Counted from the stretch's first letter, positions 24,283 through 38,229 are shown. The stretch: 64,000 nucleotides of DNA from Pristiophorus japonicus (GCF_044704955.1 NC_091977.1:430838001-430902000); one strand, 5' to 3'. Notes: generated by a model not told the origin, from the letters alone. Numbers and translations: made by a program.

Positions 24283-25256
24283 GGGGGCAGGCAGTGACTA
24301 GTGGGGTACCGCAAGGTTCTGTGCTGGGGCCCCAGCTGTTTACACTGTACATTAATGATTTAGACGAGGGGATTAAATGTAGTATCTCCAAATTTGCGGA
24401 TGACACTAAGTTGGGTGGCAGTGTGAGCTGCGAGGAGGATGCTATGAGGCTGCAGAGCGACTTGGATAGGTTAGGTGAGTGGGCAAATGCATGGCAGATT
24501 AAGTATAATGTGGATAAATGTGAGGTTATCCACTTTGGTGGTAAAAACAGAGAGACAGACTTTTATCTGAATGGTGACAGATTAGGAAAAGGGCAGGTGC
24601 AAAGAGACCTGGGTGTCATGGTACATCAGTCATTGAAGGTTGGCATGCAGGTACAGCAGGCGGTTAAGAAAGCAAATGGCATGTTGGCCTTCATAGCGAG
24701 GGGATTTGAGTACAAGGGCAGGGAGGTGTTGCTACAATTGTACAGGGCCTTGGTGAGGCCACACCTGGAGTATTGTGTACAGTTTTGGTCTCCTAACCTG
24801 AGGAAGGACATTCTTGCTATTGAGGGAGTGCAGCGAAGGTTCACCAGACTGATTCCCGGGATGGCGGGACTGACCTATCAAGAAAGACTGGATCAACTGG
24901 GCTTATATTCACTGGAGTTCAGAAGAATGAGAGGGGACCTCATAGAAACGTTTAAAATTCTGACGGGGTTAGACAGGTTAGATGCAGGAAGAATGTTCCC
25001 AATGTTGGGGAAGTCCAGAACCAGGGGACACAGTCTAAGGATAAGGGAGAAGCCATTTAGGACCGAGATGAGGAGGAATTTCTTCACCCAGAGAGTGGTG
25101 AACCTGTGGAATTCTCTACCACAGAAAGTTGTTGAGGCCAATTCACTAAATATATTCAAAAAGGAGTTAGATGAAGTCCTTACTACTAGGGGAATCAAGG
25201 GGTATGGTGAGAAAGCAGGAATGGGGTACTGAAGTTGCATGTTCAGCCATGAACTC
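24283..25256 (+). mobile_element. Young CR1 RT fragment with open 320-aa frame; 3' hairpin and tail missing
   Basis: ORF 24270-25232 GVPQGS, KFADD. Stops at cagccatgaactc. Confidence 0.95.
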
Positions 25257-25768
25257 TTTTCCCCATGAGGGAAATTGTTCCACAGGAGCGGAGCAGCCGC
25301 CGCTCGGTGCTCCCGACGACTTTCCCCTTAAAGGGGAGGGCGCGCTGCCGTGGCCGCCATTTTATTTTAAATGTCGGCTGACGCCGAAGTCAGCCCTACA
25401 ATGGCGGACACAGGTTCGGCGGCCCAGCACCCCGTCTTTGGTGCCGGACTGATGGCCCGGCCAAAGCCCTCCCTGGTGGTCCAGTGGGCAACACTAAAGT
25501 AGCTGCAGAGTTTGCAGCGGCCCTCCCCTTTAACTGAAGGAGAGGGACGTTGCTACGCATTAGCGCGACATGGCATGTCCGCGTCGCGCTGGCGTCATCA
25601 GTGTCGGGCTGACGTGCTCAGCATGACACCGCCTGCCTTTCGCTGCGCAGCCGCCCAGAACACCACCTGACCGAAACTCAAACAAAAAGAGGGCAAAATC
25701 CCTCTATTAATAGTCATTTATTTTTCGAACGGTGCGCCCCATTTAGGATGGATGGCAATTTCAGCTCC
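25257..25768. mobile_element. GC-rich MITE (same family as 1-620, inverted), left part truncated
   Basis: Ends AATTTCAGCTCC; reverse-complement homology to 60-280. Confidence 0.6.
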
Positions 25769-25957
25769 TTTATGTATAGGTACAAATCAGATTTTAAAAG
25801 ATTAATAAAAGTGACAAATATACACTGGAAGTAAAACTACCATTACTGCTAGATTAATATTTTTAGACTTCCCTGGTGTCACAATAGCTTAAGAGTGATA
25901 TTCGCATGTCATTAGGATGCAGACTCAATTATTTACTACAAACCCTGTTTTTATGTT

Positions 25958-28620
25958 TCACTTCCACTCTGATCTTTTGGTCTTCGGCCTCTTACACTGT
26001 TCCAATGAAGCTCAACATAAGCTCGAGGAACAGCACCTCATCTTTCAATAAGGCACTTTCAGCCTTCTGGACTCAACATTGAGTTCATAAATTTCAGATC
26101 GTATTAAAGAAATTAGAGAAATTAGGGATAGTGTTAAATCCAAGGAAGAGGCATAGAAATGGGACTCAAGGTAGACAAGTCCCCTGGTCCTGATGAAATG
26201 CAACCCAGGGTATTAAAAGAGATGGTGGAAGTTATAGCAGATGCATTCGTTATAATCTACCAAAATTCTCTGGAATTTGGGGAGGTGCCATCGGATTGGA
26301 AAGTAGCTAATGTAACGCCTCTGAGGACTGGGAGAAATTTAGAATTCAGCAGAGGAGGACTAAGGGTCTAATTAGGAGGGGGAAAATAAAGTATGAGAGT
26401 AAGCTTGCAGGAAACATAAAAACTGACTGCAAAAGCTTCTATAGATATGTGAAGAGAAAAAGATTAGTGAAGACAAATGTAGGTCCCTTGTAGTCAGAAT
26501 CAGATGAATTTATAATGGGGAACATAGAAATGGCAGAACAATTGAACAAATACTTTGGTTCTGTCTTCACTAAGGAAGACACACATAACCTTTCGGAAAT
26601 ACTACAGGACCGAGGGTCTAGCGAGAAGGAGGAACTGAAGGAAATCCTTATTAGTCAGGAAATTGTGTTAGGGAAATTGATGGGATTGAAAGCCGATAAA
26701 TCCACAGGGCCTGATCGTCTGCATCCCAGAATACTTAAGGAAGTGGCCATACAAATAGTGGATGCATTGGTGATCATTTTCCAGCATTCTATAGACTCTG
26801 GATCAGTTCCTATGGATTGGAGGATTGCTAATGTAATCCCACTTTTTAAAAAAAGGAGGGAGAGAGAAAATGTAATTATAGACCAGTTAGCCTGACATTG
26901 GTAGTGGGGGAAAATGTTGGAATCAATTATTAAAGATGTAATAGCAGCGCATTTGGAAAGCAGTGACAGGATCGCTCCAAGTCAGCATGGATTTATGAAA
27001 GGGAAATCATGCTTGACAAATCTATAGAATTTTTTGAGGATGTAACTAGTAGAGTGGACAAGGGAGAACCAGTGGATATGGTGCATTTGTATTTTCAAAA
27101 GGCTTTTGACAAGGTCCCACACAAGAGATTAGTGTGCAAAATTAAAACACATGGTATTGGGGGTAATGTATTAACGTGGATAGAGAACTGGTTGGCAGAC
27201 AGGAAGCAAAGAATAGGAATAAACGGGTCCTTTTTAGATTGGCAGGCAGTGACTAGTGGGGTACCGCAAGGTTCAGTGCTGGGACTCCAGCTATTTACAA
27301 TATACATTAATGATTTAGACAAAGGAATTGAATGTAATATCTCCAAGTTTGCAGATGACACTAAGCTGGGTGGCAGTGTGAGCTATGAGGAGGGTGCTAA
27401 GAGGCTGCAGGGTGACTTGGACAGGTTAGGTGAGTGGGCAAATGCATGGCAGATGCAGTATAATGTGGATAAATGTGAGGTTATCCACTTTGATGGCAAA
27501 AACAGGAAGGCAGAATATTATCTGAATAGTGACCGATTAGGAAAAGGGGAGGTACAACGAGACCTGGGTGTCATGGTACATCAGTCATTGAAAGCAGGTA
27601 CAGCAGGCGGTGAAGAAGGCAATTGGCACGTTGGCTTTCATAGCGAGAGGATTTGAGTATCGGAGCAGGGAGGTCTTACTGCAGTTGTACAGGACCTTGG
27701 TGAGGTCACACCTTGAATATTGTGTACAGTTTTGGTCTCCTAATCTGAGGAAGGACATTCTTGCTATTGAGGGAGTGCAGCGAAGCTTCACCAGACTGAT
27801 TCCCAGGATGGCGGGACTGACATATGATGAAAGACTGGATCGACTAGGCTTATATTCACTGGCATTTAGAAGAATGAGAGGGGATTTCGTAGAAACATAT
27901 AAAATTCTGAGGGGATTGGACAGGTTAGATGCAGGAAGAATGTTCCCGATGTTTGGGAAGTCCAGAACCAGGGGTCACAGTCTAAGGATAAGGGGTAAAC
28001 CATTTAGGACTGAGATGAGGAGGAACTTCTTCACTCAGATAATTGTGAACCTGTGGAATTCTCTACCACAGAAAGTTATTGAGGCCAGTTCATTAGATAT
28101 ATTCAAAAGGGAGTTAGATGTGGCCCCTACGGTTAAAGGGATCAAGGGTTATGAAGAGAAAGCAGGAATGGGGTACTGAAGTTGCATGGTCAGCCATGAT
28201 CATATTGAATGGTGATGCCGGCTTGACGGGCCAAAGGGCCTACTCCTGCAACTATTTTCTATGTTTCTATGTAACCTCTGTCCCCATTTCTTCAGACGGC
28301 AGCTGTTGCTGGTGATTCTGATATTCCCATTTACATCTCTTCTAGACCCATCTTTTGTTTCTTTACTTGCCCCATACCACTTCCTTTTGCCTTGTACATT
28401 CATACCTTTTGTCATGTAATCTCTCCTCTACTCCACCCTATCATAGACCTTTCTTTTCGTTCTTTCCTCCCCTTCCCCTCTGTACTTGCTTAAATCCTAC
28501 TTTTTCTCTAACTTTTTCCAGTTCTGCCAAAAGGTCATTGACCTCAAACGTTAACTCTCTTTCTCTCTCCACAGATGCTGTCTGACCTGCTGAATATTTC
28601 CAACATTTTCTGTTCTTATT
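25958..28620 (+). mobile_element. Penelope-like element 3' part (GIY-YIG C-terminus plus terminal repeat), split by CR1
   Basis: HSDLLVFGLLHCSNEAQHKLEEQHLIF..SGLNIEF..FRS. Resumes at 28273 (acctctgtcccc...ccacagatgctgtctgacctgctga). Confidence 0.75.
26103..28272 (+). mobile_element. CR1 LINE, 2.2-kb 3' portion
   Basis: ORFs 26515-26895, 27009-27656 (KFADD) and 27610-28179; tail ttctatgtttctatgt. Confidence 0.94.
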
Positions 28621-28658
28621 CCTGTTTCTATGTGCTAACATTAAATTTCGACAATGAT

Positions 28659-29900
28659 TAGCCTGGATTTTGTGATAAGAATAATAGTGAGGCTATCAGC
28701 GCTCACTCTTACTATACAGTAAATTGGACACCAACTTTTGGCGCTGCACATGCACAGTTAAACGTGGAAATCTGGAAGTTGCAGTCTGAGTTACCCTGCT
28801 CCTCCACAAGCTTTGCTACATTGCCGATAGTTTCGGCATTGAAACACATGAAAGGCGTCTTATTGTGGTACTTACCCACTAGTTATCCACGAAACATGCC
28901 AGAAAGAATTAGGGCTGGTGCATTCAGGTATAAGTGAATTTTTAACAGCATGATAAGTTATAATTACTGCTGAGCAACCTCTCTGTCCTTGAAAATTTAA
29001 TTTTGCAAGTGTGGAGTCTCATTCCTTCAGAATTTAATTCCGGTTGGAGATTTTTTTATAATTAAAATTTTTTTTTAATTCTACATTTTCTTTTTCTCTT
29101 TTAATTCTCGCTTAATGCCATATTTCTTTCCCTTGCATTATTTCACTTTCTGTACATAATTTTACATCACGTTAAATATTGTAACTTACACTTCCTGGTT
29201 TAGACTGCAGATCCGATATTGACATGGGCAGATTGTGTAGGCGGGTGGGCAGAGTTTCGGACTGGAAACCGGAAGGCCAAGTTTCCCCACATGTTGTGGA
29301 GTTTTAACTCTTTTCTTTTAACTTTTTTCTTCGACAGGATGTTCACCCAGAGGGCAGCCTGATTTACCTGCTTGGTTTCCAATTGGGTGGGGAGAAATCC
29401 AGAGCAGGCCACAGGAGCAGCTAGGAAGCCTGCAGCTGCTAGTTGGGGGGGGGAGGGGTCTAATCTCCGACCGTGGGGGTAGCCTTTGTTTGGGTGGTGG
29501 GGGGGGGTGCTCCGATTCAAGGATAGAAGGTAAGCTGAGGGGGGAGCACTCCTGCTCCTTTTGACCCATAAATAGTGCTGTAAAGGCACTTACCTTCTCC
29601 CTAAAGCTATCCTCATGTCGCTTGATCTGTCAGGTTTCCCAAGGCCTGGAAAACCCGGCCAGACAAGCCAGGATTAAGCTCACAAAGCATCTTAAATCTG
29701 AGGCTGTCAGTCTCATTTTCACAGGCTTTGGAATGGCAACTTACAGTATTCAAAGATCCTTTTCAGGTGATCTGTGGCATGCGTGAGAGCAATCAGCAGC
29801 GTGTCTTCTCAACCAATCAGTGAGTCACACAGGGGTGAATTTTAACAGCCAAAAGTGGGTGGGTTGGGGTTGGATGAGATGTTAAAAATACAAAATTCTG
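28659..29900. mobile_element. Cluster of nested, degraded MITE-like DNA elements
   Basis: TIR-like starts gcctggatttt (28661) and ggggtgaatttt (29832); GC-rich cores with T-rich linkers like the other MITEs. Internal boundaries unresolved. Confidence 0.4.
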
Positions 29901-30380
29901 CTGTCTCTATCCTATCTCGCACTGAGTCCCGTTCACCTATCACTCTTGTGCTCGCAGACCTACATTGGCTCCTGCTCTTGTAATGCCTCAATTAAAAAAA
30001 TGTCATCCTTGTTTTAAAATCCCTCCATGGCCTCACCCCTCCCTATCTTCATAACCTCCTCCAGCCCTACAATCCTCCGAGACCTCTGCGCTCCTCCAAT
30101 TCTGGCCTCTTGCCCATCCCCGATTTTCATTGCTCCACCATTGGTGGCCGTGCCTTCAGCTACCAAGGCCCTAAACTCTGGAATTCCTTCCCAAAACCTC
30201 TCCACCTCTCTCCTCATTTAAGATGCTCCTTAAAGCCTACCTCTTTGACCAAGCTTTTGGTCATCTGTCTTAATATCTTGGTATGTGGCTCGGTGTCAAA
30301 TTTTATTTGATAACACTCCTGTGAAGTGCCTTGGGATGTTTTACTACTTTACAGGTGCTATATAAATATAAGTTGTTCTT
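29901..30380 (+). mobile_element. L2-clade LINE 3' fragment
   Basis: STIGGRAFSYQGPKLWNSFP; tail tgtgaagtgccttgggatgttttactac...ctatataaatataagttgtt. Confidence 0.85.
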
Positions 30381-32334
30381 GAAGGCCATGTGCACTGAAG
30401 CTCCTACTTCTTGCAACGTTAGAGTACCATTGTATGTCAGCAGGATTTGACTAATACATGACATGTCACATGTGCCTATGCATGCACAGCAGGACTCTGC
30501 ATTTCAGAGGAAGCTGACACATTCAATTTCCTGCTGATAGCCTATTTCATTGTGGCTCACATTCATCGGTATATTAAGTGTAAAAAGGTCATGAGTGTTA
30601 GTTGAGACTGAACATTTGACTTTAGGCCCTGTAAATCAGAACTATCAAGTTACCCAGCCACCTGTTGAATTTGATCATTTTTCAAAGGCACATATTGAAT
30701 TTTTCAATGCCTCTGCTTTCCTTAAATGTTTCCTCATACTTTGTGATTTTTGTTTTGCATCTGACATTTTTCTCCCTCAAATCAAGACTTTAATGTGGTA
30801 TAAACAGAGACTGCAATAATGGCAACTTGCTGATTTCTTCCTCAGCTGATGTATTACACTAAAAACTTAGCTTGCCAATATTGTACAGATACTTTTTCTT
30901 ACCAATGTGTCTTCTGCAACAGATAGTTGAAGTTACTAAAATCAGTTTTCATCCTTTCGTACCTTGGTGCAAGGACAAGTTTGATGCAATAAATATTACT
31001 TATTCATTTATTACAATTAAGATCATTTAATCTTATCACAATTAGAGTTAATATCCTAAGTTGTTTGATTAATAGTTGTTCTTACATTTGACCTGAAAAT
31101 TTAAAGATGAAAATCTTCAGACCCCATTTGGAGCAGCAATGTGAGGATGCTGTGAGAATGTCATAGTCTGGAAAATGCAGACTTTTTGCTGCCAAATCTT
31201 GGAATAATTCTGATATATTTTCAAATAGTCTGTAATGTCAATAGCATCATGTAGACATTCTAAAGTATCTGGATCCCATTGCCTACTTTGATAATTGTTA
31301 CAAATCCTTTAAAAAAAAAAATCCATTAGAAATGTTGTAGCTGACATTTGGAAAACATATGAGGATTAAAAAAAGATCTATAGTTAAATTTATTTTGGTT
31401 TTAAAGCACAATACATTTTATCTAAGGAACAAACCAGCTTTGTTCCCAGTGTAATGTATATTGACAGGTATTGCTTTCCTTTTAACTGTTGTCTATATTG
31501 ATTAAATTAAAGATTTGTTTGAGATTTTGACTAATGGTTTATAACTGGTGAAAGTTAAGATTGTAAAGCACATTTTCGTTACTTGAAATCTAAAATTAAA
31601 AATGTGGCAGCAAATAGTAATGTCTTTGATAATGTGGTTTTAACATCTCCCTCAGAGAACAAAAAGTATAATGTAGAAACTTTACATACTATGTAAGAGG
31701 CACATTTACAAGATAGATCTTTTCATTTACTAGTTGCGTATGAAATGAAACTGTTCTTTTTCTTCTTGTAGAATTTTTACAGGAAAGTCCCTGAACATCT
31801 CATAGTGGGTCATGTGCGGGAATATATTCCTATAATGCATTCTGCCAGTAACATGCTCAGTGATTTAAAAGTGCCATTAATGAATAAGTCAAAAACTTTT
31901 TAAAGATGTGGTGTCACATATTTGTCAAGTTCAGACTTCATAGTGGTGTTGGATACTTGTTGTTTTGTAGCGCACAGAACACTGGTTTGCTCAAAAGTAA
32001 TCTGTTGCATTCAGTTAACTGGCATGTATTTGCTGCTTTTTAAATTTTATATATATTAAAATGGCTTTGCTTGGAAGGGTTTCAAATATAAACATTTATT
32101 CACTGAACCTGCACCCCAACGAGAAGCCTCGCATGACAGAAACACGAATTGGAAAACCAGTGCTATAGTATTGTAGCACTATCTCCAAGCCACTCTCATC
32201 AAGTGGGCCTACCCATTGGGAGTGCAGGGTCATTGAATTTATCCTATGGTGTCCACTCAACGAGGCAGTAAAGGATTACAAAATAGAGCAGCCGTCCAAT
32301 GCCTTCTTTTCCTCTGTCTTCCTCTTGCCAACAG

Positions 32335-32526
32335 ATGTTTGTGAGGCTGTTTGTAGATGAAAACTTGGACCGAATGGTCCCCATTTCTAAGCAGCCCAAA
32401 GAAAAGATCCAGGCAATAATTGAGTCATGCAGCCGGCAATTCCCTGAATATCAGGAGCGTGCCCGGAAGCGCATACGTACTTACCTCAAGTCCTGCAGGC
32501 GGATGAAAAAGAATGGTTTTGAGACG
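32335..32526 (+). CDS. NOL4: NOL4-family coding exon ([16 protein letters not shown]...MKKNGFET), 192 bp, phase 0-0
   Basis: Polypyrimidine tract plus acag acceptor, gtgagt donor. Highly conserved NOL4/NOL4L block. Confidence 0.95.
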
Positions 32527-34829
32527 GTGAGTTGGACTGTCCAAATACAACCCATTCCCAGTCTGCATCCAATTCCCATGCATAAACTCATCACAAGATT
32601 TTTTTTTCCCCACCCCCCACCATACTGATGATTTTTTTAAATCTTATTTTTGGTAACATCAGCTCAAAGACCTTTCCCTTTCATCTAAACCATGTTTACT
32701 TTGCGTCACTGGTGTCTAGGAGAATGTTTTATGTGAATGATTGTAGTTTCAAAGGTTGATGATTGAAGTGCCTCATAAAATATTATATTAAACAATGAGG
32801 CACTTAAACAATATTTTGTGTCTTATGTATTGTACCTGTCTACAAACTTCTGTCCAAATCTATCCTTTGACATGTTGAACACAGAGTTATTTCTAATATA
32901 TGCCATTATTCTTTTTCCTCATTCTGATTAATACACTGCAGATAACTAGTTGCTTATACATAATTTAGCAGAAGTGCAAATAAAAGTCCCTGATGGAATT
33001 TGGGAATTATATACAGCACAGAAACAGGCCATTTGGCCCAATTAGTCCTAAGGCATGATGTATGTTAGCATCTCACAGGAGTTCCAGTGGATGTGTGAAA
33101 GAAACTGGGTAATGTACCTTGTGGCAGTCTGAGTGTCCGTAACTGAATTGATATTGGTAACAGGAATTAAGGATTTGAACGGGTCGAAAGTGCTTTCATT
33201 CCTCTTTTCAGAAAAAAAGTTGAAAGAATTTCTATGAATATTTTTACCAAGGTGAGCAATCTCATTTTCTATATGTTAAGTAGCACATCATTCTGTATAT
33301 ATTACAATTTTCAGTGTGACTTTTGTCATGCACGTCAGAATGATTGGTTCACAGAGCTTTCCTTTCCACTATGTTCTTAAAAATGATGGAAATCAAATTA
33401 TATTACTTAAACAACTATATGGTTAAAGAAATGGGATCCATTGTATTGGTGCAATTCAGATCAGTCGATCCAGGTGAATGTTCTCTTTATCAGGTTCCTG
33501 CTTTCTTAAAATAAAAATAAAAGTTGTGCTTTTAAAAAATGTTTAAGCACAGAATTCATTTATTCTGAAAAGCAAAGCAGAAAAGGCTACAATTCCACTT
33601 GTGAAAGCAAGTTTTACATTTCAGTTGAGTCTATATGCCGCAGTTAATTTGGGAACATAAGGAGAAAGAATTAAGGAGGTAAGAATTCAAAAACACTTCT
33701 CAACCTCACTAACTTTATCTGCTGGTGGAAAAACTCTTATTTTTTTAAACCGTGAGTATGTTATGAGTTCCTTTGATTTATTATAATCGATGGTGGCATT
33801 TTTGGAAAGCCTAATTTTCAACTTATTTAATTTAATATGTAACTAACATTCCTTGTGAATGAGTGTGACATCGTTGAACGGTATCACTACAGGAGTCATT
33901 CAACTGAAATTGCTGGTAACAACTGCTTTGCTTGAATGCTATCATAAGCTTTGGTTACTTGTTACCAGTTTTTATTTTTGTGGATTAAGGACTAGAAATT
34001 CGGTGATTTTGCGACAGGGTTTTTGGTGCTATTTCACCTTTTTTGGTGAAAACCCAGTCGACTACATTGCAAGTGTTGTTAAAGAAAATCATAAGAATGA
34101 CTGGGAGAAGAGTCCACAGGAACAAAGGGCTAATTGACCTCCCATTGAAACATTTTATCCACTAATTAGAGGATGCAAATTTTTTCACTACTATCCATAT
34201 GAATCAAAGGACAACACTGCAATGCTCTGTATCCATAACTTAGATATACAGCACTGTCACAGCCAATACGGTAACGGACTCAAAAGTATACAAAATGAAG
34301 GAAACTAGGGGGACTACAGGTAAGAAATTACATGAAACGTTAAGAAAAATATGATGCCAATTGACCAATGATGGGCTTAAAAGGCTTGAGTTGCACAGGT
34401 CTGGTGGAAATTAGGTAACAGCCAGACAACACAGTAGCAATAAATGAGGTAATATTAATTTGAAAAAGCAGGTGGTTAAGAAGAGCAAAGTAAATACAGA
34501 AGCAAATTGATGAAAATATGGTAAGTTCTCCAATTGTCCAGCCTGGAAGTGCATTCAGTGCCACAACCTCAAGGGCATTCTCCACATGCTCAGGCCCTCC
34601 AGTGTTCTCTTATGTGTCTCAGTACCCACCACAGGACACATCAATTGCTCTATTTTTGTGTCATCACTCTGGGAATGGACCTAAATTAGTGGCATGCATA
34701 CAGTTGGAATGGACAGCACTAAACTCTTTTTATCCACTTCATTAACATGATTAACCCATTCTAATAGTTTAGGAACTATAGGATAAAACCAGTCCCATTC
34801 TTGCAGCAGGAAGGCATGCTCAAAGTAAA

Positions 34830-35465
34830 GGCAGGGTGAAGAATTGGCAGGGCGGAGCTGTAGCCCTATCTCGAACCCACGTTCGCGTTGAGCGCAACTC
34901 CTATATAGTGCTGCCTTTGAAGGTTTTCAGGAGGCCAGTCTGCTGTTCGTCAGTACATTCAGCAGGTAACGGATCTATTGTTTGCCAGGACAGACTAACA
35001 TATAGATTTCTCTATGGATGACAGGGTACAGCAAGCCTGTGCCCTTTGGCTTTTACAGACTTGTAGGGTTGTCCAGGGTTCAGGAAGTAATAAATGAAAC
35101 CTATATGGGCCTTCATTTTCTCACACAGGAGTGCCCATTCATGAATAGAAAGATGTGCTACACCATAAACATGTAGCTTGTGTGTGATCACTAGTATAAA
35201 ATAATGCAGGTGAATGTCATGTCGGCTGGCAGCTTGCACATTACCTTTATCGTTAATCTACCATTCCAGCACTGTTTGAAGAAGGGCAGGTATTCAAGGA
35301 CTGGCTGCCAAAGGACCTTGGCTACCTATCTTTCCCATGTTTAATGACACCACTGGGCATCTTCCAGTGTTGCAGAACAATATTATAATGAGGCTTATGC
35401 ATCCACAAGAATAACCATGGAGAACACCTTTGGGATGTTGAAGCAGGGGTCAAACTTTGGACCAC
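34830..35465 (+). pseudogene. Ancient Harbinger transposase relic
   Basis: Degenerate motifs in order: QQVTDLLFAR, NRKMCYTINM*LVCDH, WLPKDLGY..LMTP, YNEAYASTRITMENTFGMLKQ. Confidence 0.75.
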
Positions 35466-36180
35466 TGATTGTGTATATGAAAATTCCACCCCACAAGTGC
35501 TTAGATGACAAATTGTGATTCATCATCTTCCATATAATTTCTTATAATTACAGTATCTCATTCAGCTTAAAAGATATTCAAATTTGATTTTCCTAAAATG
35601 TTTAGTAACTGAATTGCTAAACATGAAATCATTTTTGTCATGGCCATATCATTATCATGTAGAGACCAAAAAGAAATAGATAGTAATGTGATTGGTTATT
35701 AGGGAATTGTACCACAGTATTATCCAAATGACTGGAATAACAATTCAAAAGATCTACTAATATGACACCTGAGAGGCAAAAATGTTTTGATAAATTAAAT
35801 GGTCTTCAGAAATAATCATTTGAATACTGTAATATTAAAAATAATTAGCCCATAAAGGCTTGTAAATGGTAACATCCAGGAACATGAACCAATTCAACAG
35901 CATATCCACATGATAGCTCAATTTCTGTGCACCAAATCTGTTCTGATTTTAAAAACAATTATTTCTGGAATGCCATTATGGATGGCACTAATACTGTTGC
36001 TATTTACATGAGAAAAACTAGATTCTTCTGATATTAGTTCGACATGCAAAAATTGTCTCTGTGTTTATTTCCAGTTATAGTACATCAATTTTTGAATCTT
36101 GAACAGATTGCACTGATGTATATGAATATATGACATAAGAGTCATAAAATTCCAATGGCTGAGGGCGGAAAAAAGACATT

Positions 36181-36742
36181 GGGGTGGAAATTCAGTTGGA
36201 GGCTAATTAGGGCGCTAATGGCGACTGGACGGTAAATTTTGCGCCGGGAAATGGTTTGTGTCTCAGCCACAAAATTCAACAGCTGGCAACTGAAAATCCT
36301 GAGCTGAAGAGCCGGCCTAAGAGAGGCTTCCCTGAAAAGGAATCACCAAAAACACCATCGAAAACATTCCTAATACCTTGCTCACCCCACATAAACTTAA
36401 ATCGCAAAAAGAAAAACAATCACACTTACCTGATGTATTCATTCCTTCTCTCACTGCCGCTGAACAGCTCGGACGGCCCGCTTTCCCAGGTGGTCCCACT
36501 AGGGCATGTTACGGGGTGCTACAGGTCCCGCTGCAATCAAATTTCAGAGTGGTGTCGCAACCGGGGGTGTTGTGCACCAGCCCAACTCTCCCGAGCGGTA
36601 CTACTCCATGTCCCCACAAAACCGGCACCAAATATCCTGGCAGGGTGCTGGATGCTGGCTGCCCAGCTGGAAATCATTTCCACAGCCATTACCACCCCTG
36701 CAGGACACGAACAGAGGCGGCAACAGACCAAAAATCCACCCC
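36181..36742. mobile_element. Harbinger-type MITE, 562 bp
   Basis: TIRs GGGGTGGAAATT / AAAATCCACCCC; perfect 3-bp TSD ATT. Confidence 0.85.
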
Positions 36743-36757
36743 ATTAGCTAGATGGAT

Positions 36758-37251
36758 GGGGGTGAAATTTAGTTTAAGATCCAGTTTTGCTAATTTCCTA
36801 CCTTCTTTCATACACATTAAAAATTCTGCCAGAAATGGGGTTGGATGTGTAATGCACCTACCAAGATATGGGCAGGTGTATGATGGCACCATCCAGATGA
36901 AGGTTTTACGTAACGCAGAGTATTTTCCATCATTTAAGCCCTAGTAACACTGTGTGTCCAGCATTGTTATGGGCCTCCGGTGGGGGAAAGGGGGATTTAA
37001 AATAAAAGAACAGTTTAGGCAATGCAGTCAATCGCAAACAGCAGGGCACCACAGCAATTTTCATGCTCCCTCTTCCCCACCTGAGGCAGGCACCTACCCG
37101 GGCCATAAATAGCACCAGTGCCCGTCAAATTATTTAAATGCCTATAAGCCCAGGCAGTGGGCCAGGCTCAGGGACAAAAACAACAGATGGCCCTAAGTCT
37201 CACCTTGCTGCACTATCACTGGCAGAGCAGGACCACAGGATATTTGGCTCC
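36758..37251. mobile_element. Older MITE-like element
   Basis: Begins GGGGGTGAAATTT; weak right end atatttggctcc; no clean TSD. Confidence 0.4.
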
Positions 37252-38229
37252 AAGATGTCTTTAGATTTAAAAATCACTAATTTAGCACTGCAGTAACACA
37301 TTTCAGTTATATTCATTGCTGGTACGGGGGGAAATCTAAGGCAAATCAACGAAAGATAGATTGTTGTGACTCAGTTATGTCAGTAAAATATGGGCCCTTT
37401 TGGTGAGGATAAGTGGCAGACACCTTTCATACTACCTATATTTCTAACTATTTTGGAAATCTGACGAGTTGCAGTATTTCCACAGTCCTGAGCATTTGAG
37501 TACTAACACTCCTTGTCAGCAAGTAAAACAAATGTAGGTTTGACCCACCACTCCTCTCTCTCAGCCACACCAAGTACAAAAGTACTGAGCAAAGACTGAT
37601 GCTTCTCGCTGCAAGGAGGGAGAGACTATCAGAAGGGAGAGGTAAGTTGGAATGAAAATTTACAAAAAAGAAAGAAAACTCCATTGTCAGCAACAGATTA
37701 ACATTTATAAAGAACATTTTTCATTTGCTGCATGATAAAACTAAATGGGCCTGAAAAAGTACTTTAGCATCCAGAAGGAATGTCAATAGAATAATCAAGT
37801 GTAATGTTTAATTTATTATATACCACACTTTGATGGAGCTGGGGCTATTGAAACCGTATGATGCTGAACACAGAACAGTTCATTCAAAAACTGAGTTTGT
37901 ACAGTTGAATTGTGAAGTATTATTCGGTCCATCTGTGGAGAATTAAATATTAAATGGTTGTTTTTGCCAATAAATGACCTGATATACAATATGACAGCAG
38001 AATGTAATTCCACTGTGATATTTTGTGCAGCATTGACTTTGAAAAGTACAATCCTTGTTTACATCAGAACATTCTGTAAGTGTTTGAACTTTGGAACTAT
38101 TGAAAAGATCTCCAAACTCACAATACACAGCTATGTGATAGTGCCTTTGTTATCAATAACATGCTTGTTTTTAACTCTCTATTTTTCTTTCGCAAGATGC
38201 AATGCTGCTTACAGGGGCAGTAGCCAAAG

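Noticed and set aside
21586-25768. H2 extending to a right TIR at 25757-25768
   Set aside because: Only 9/12 TIR match, flanks AAA vs TTT, and 25257-25768 is homologous to the separate MITE family at 1-620.
36256-36944. 163- and 188-aa ORFs
   Set aside because: They lie in GC-rich MITE sequence, have no recognisable domain and cross element boundaries.
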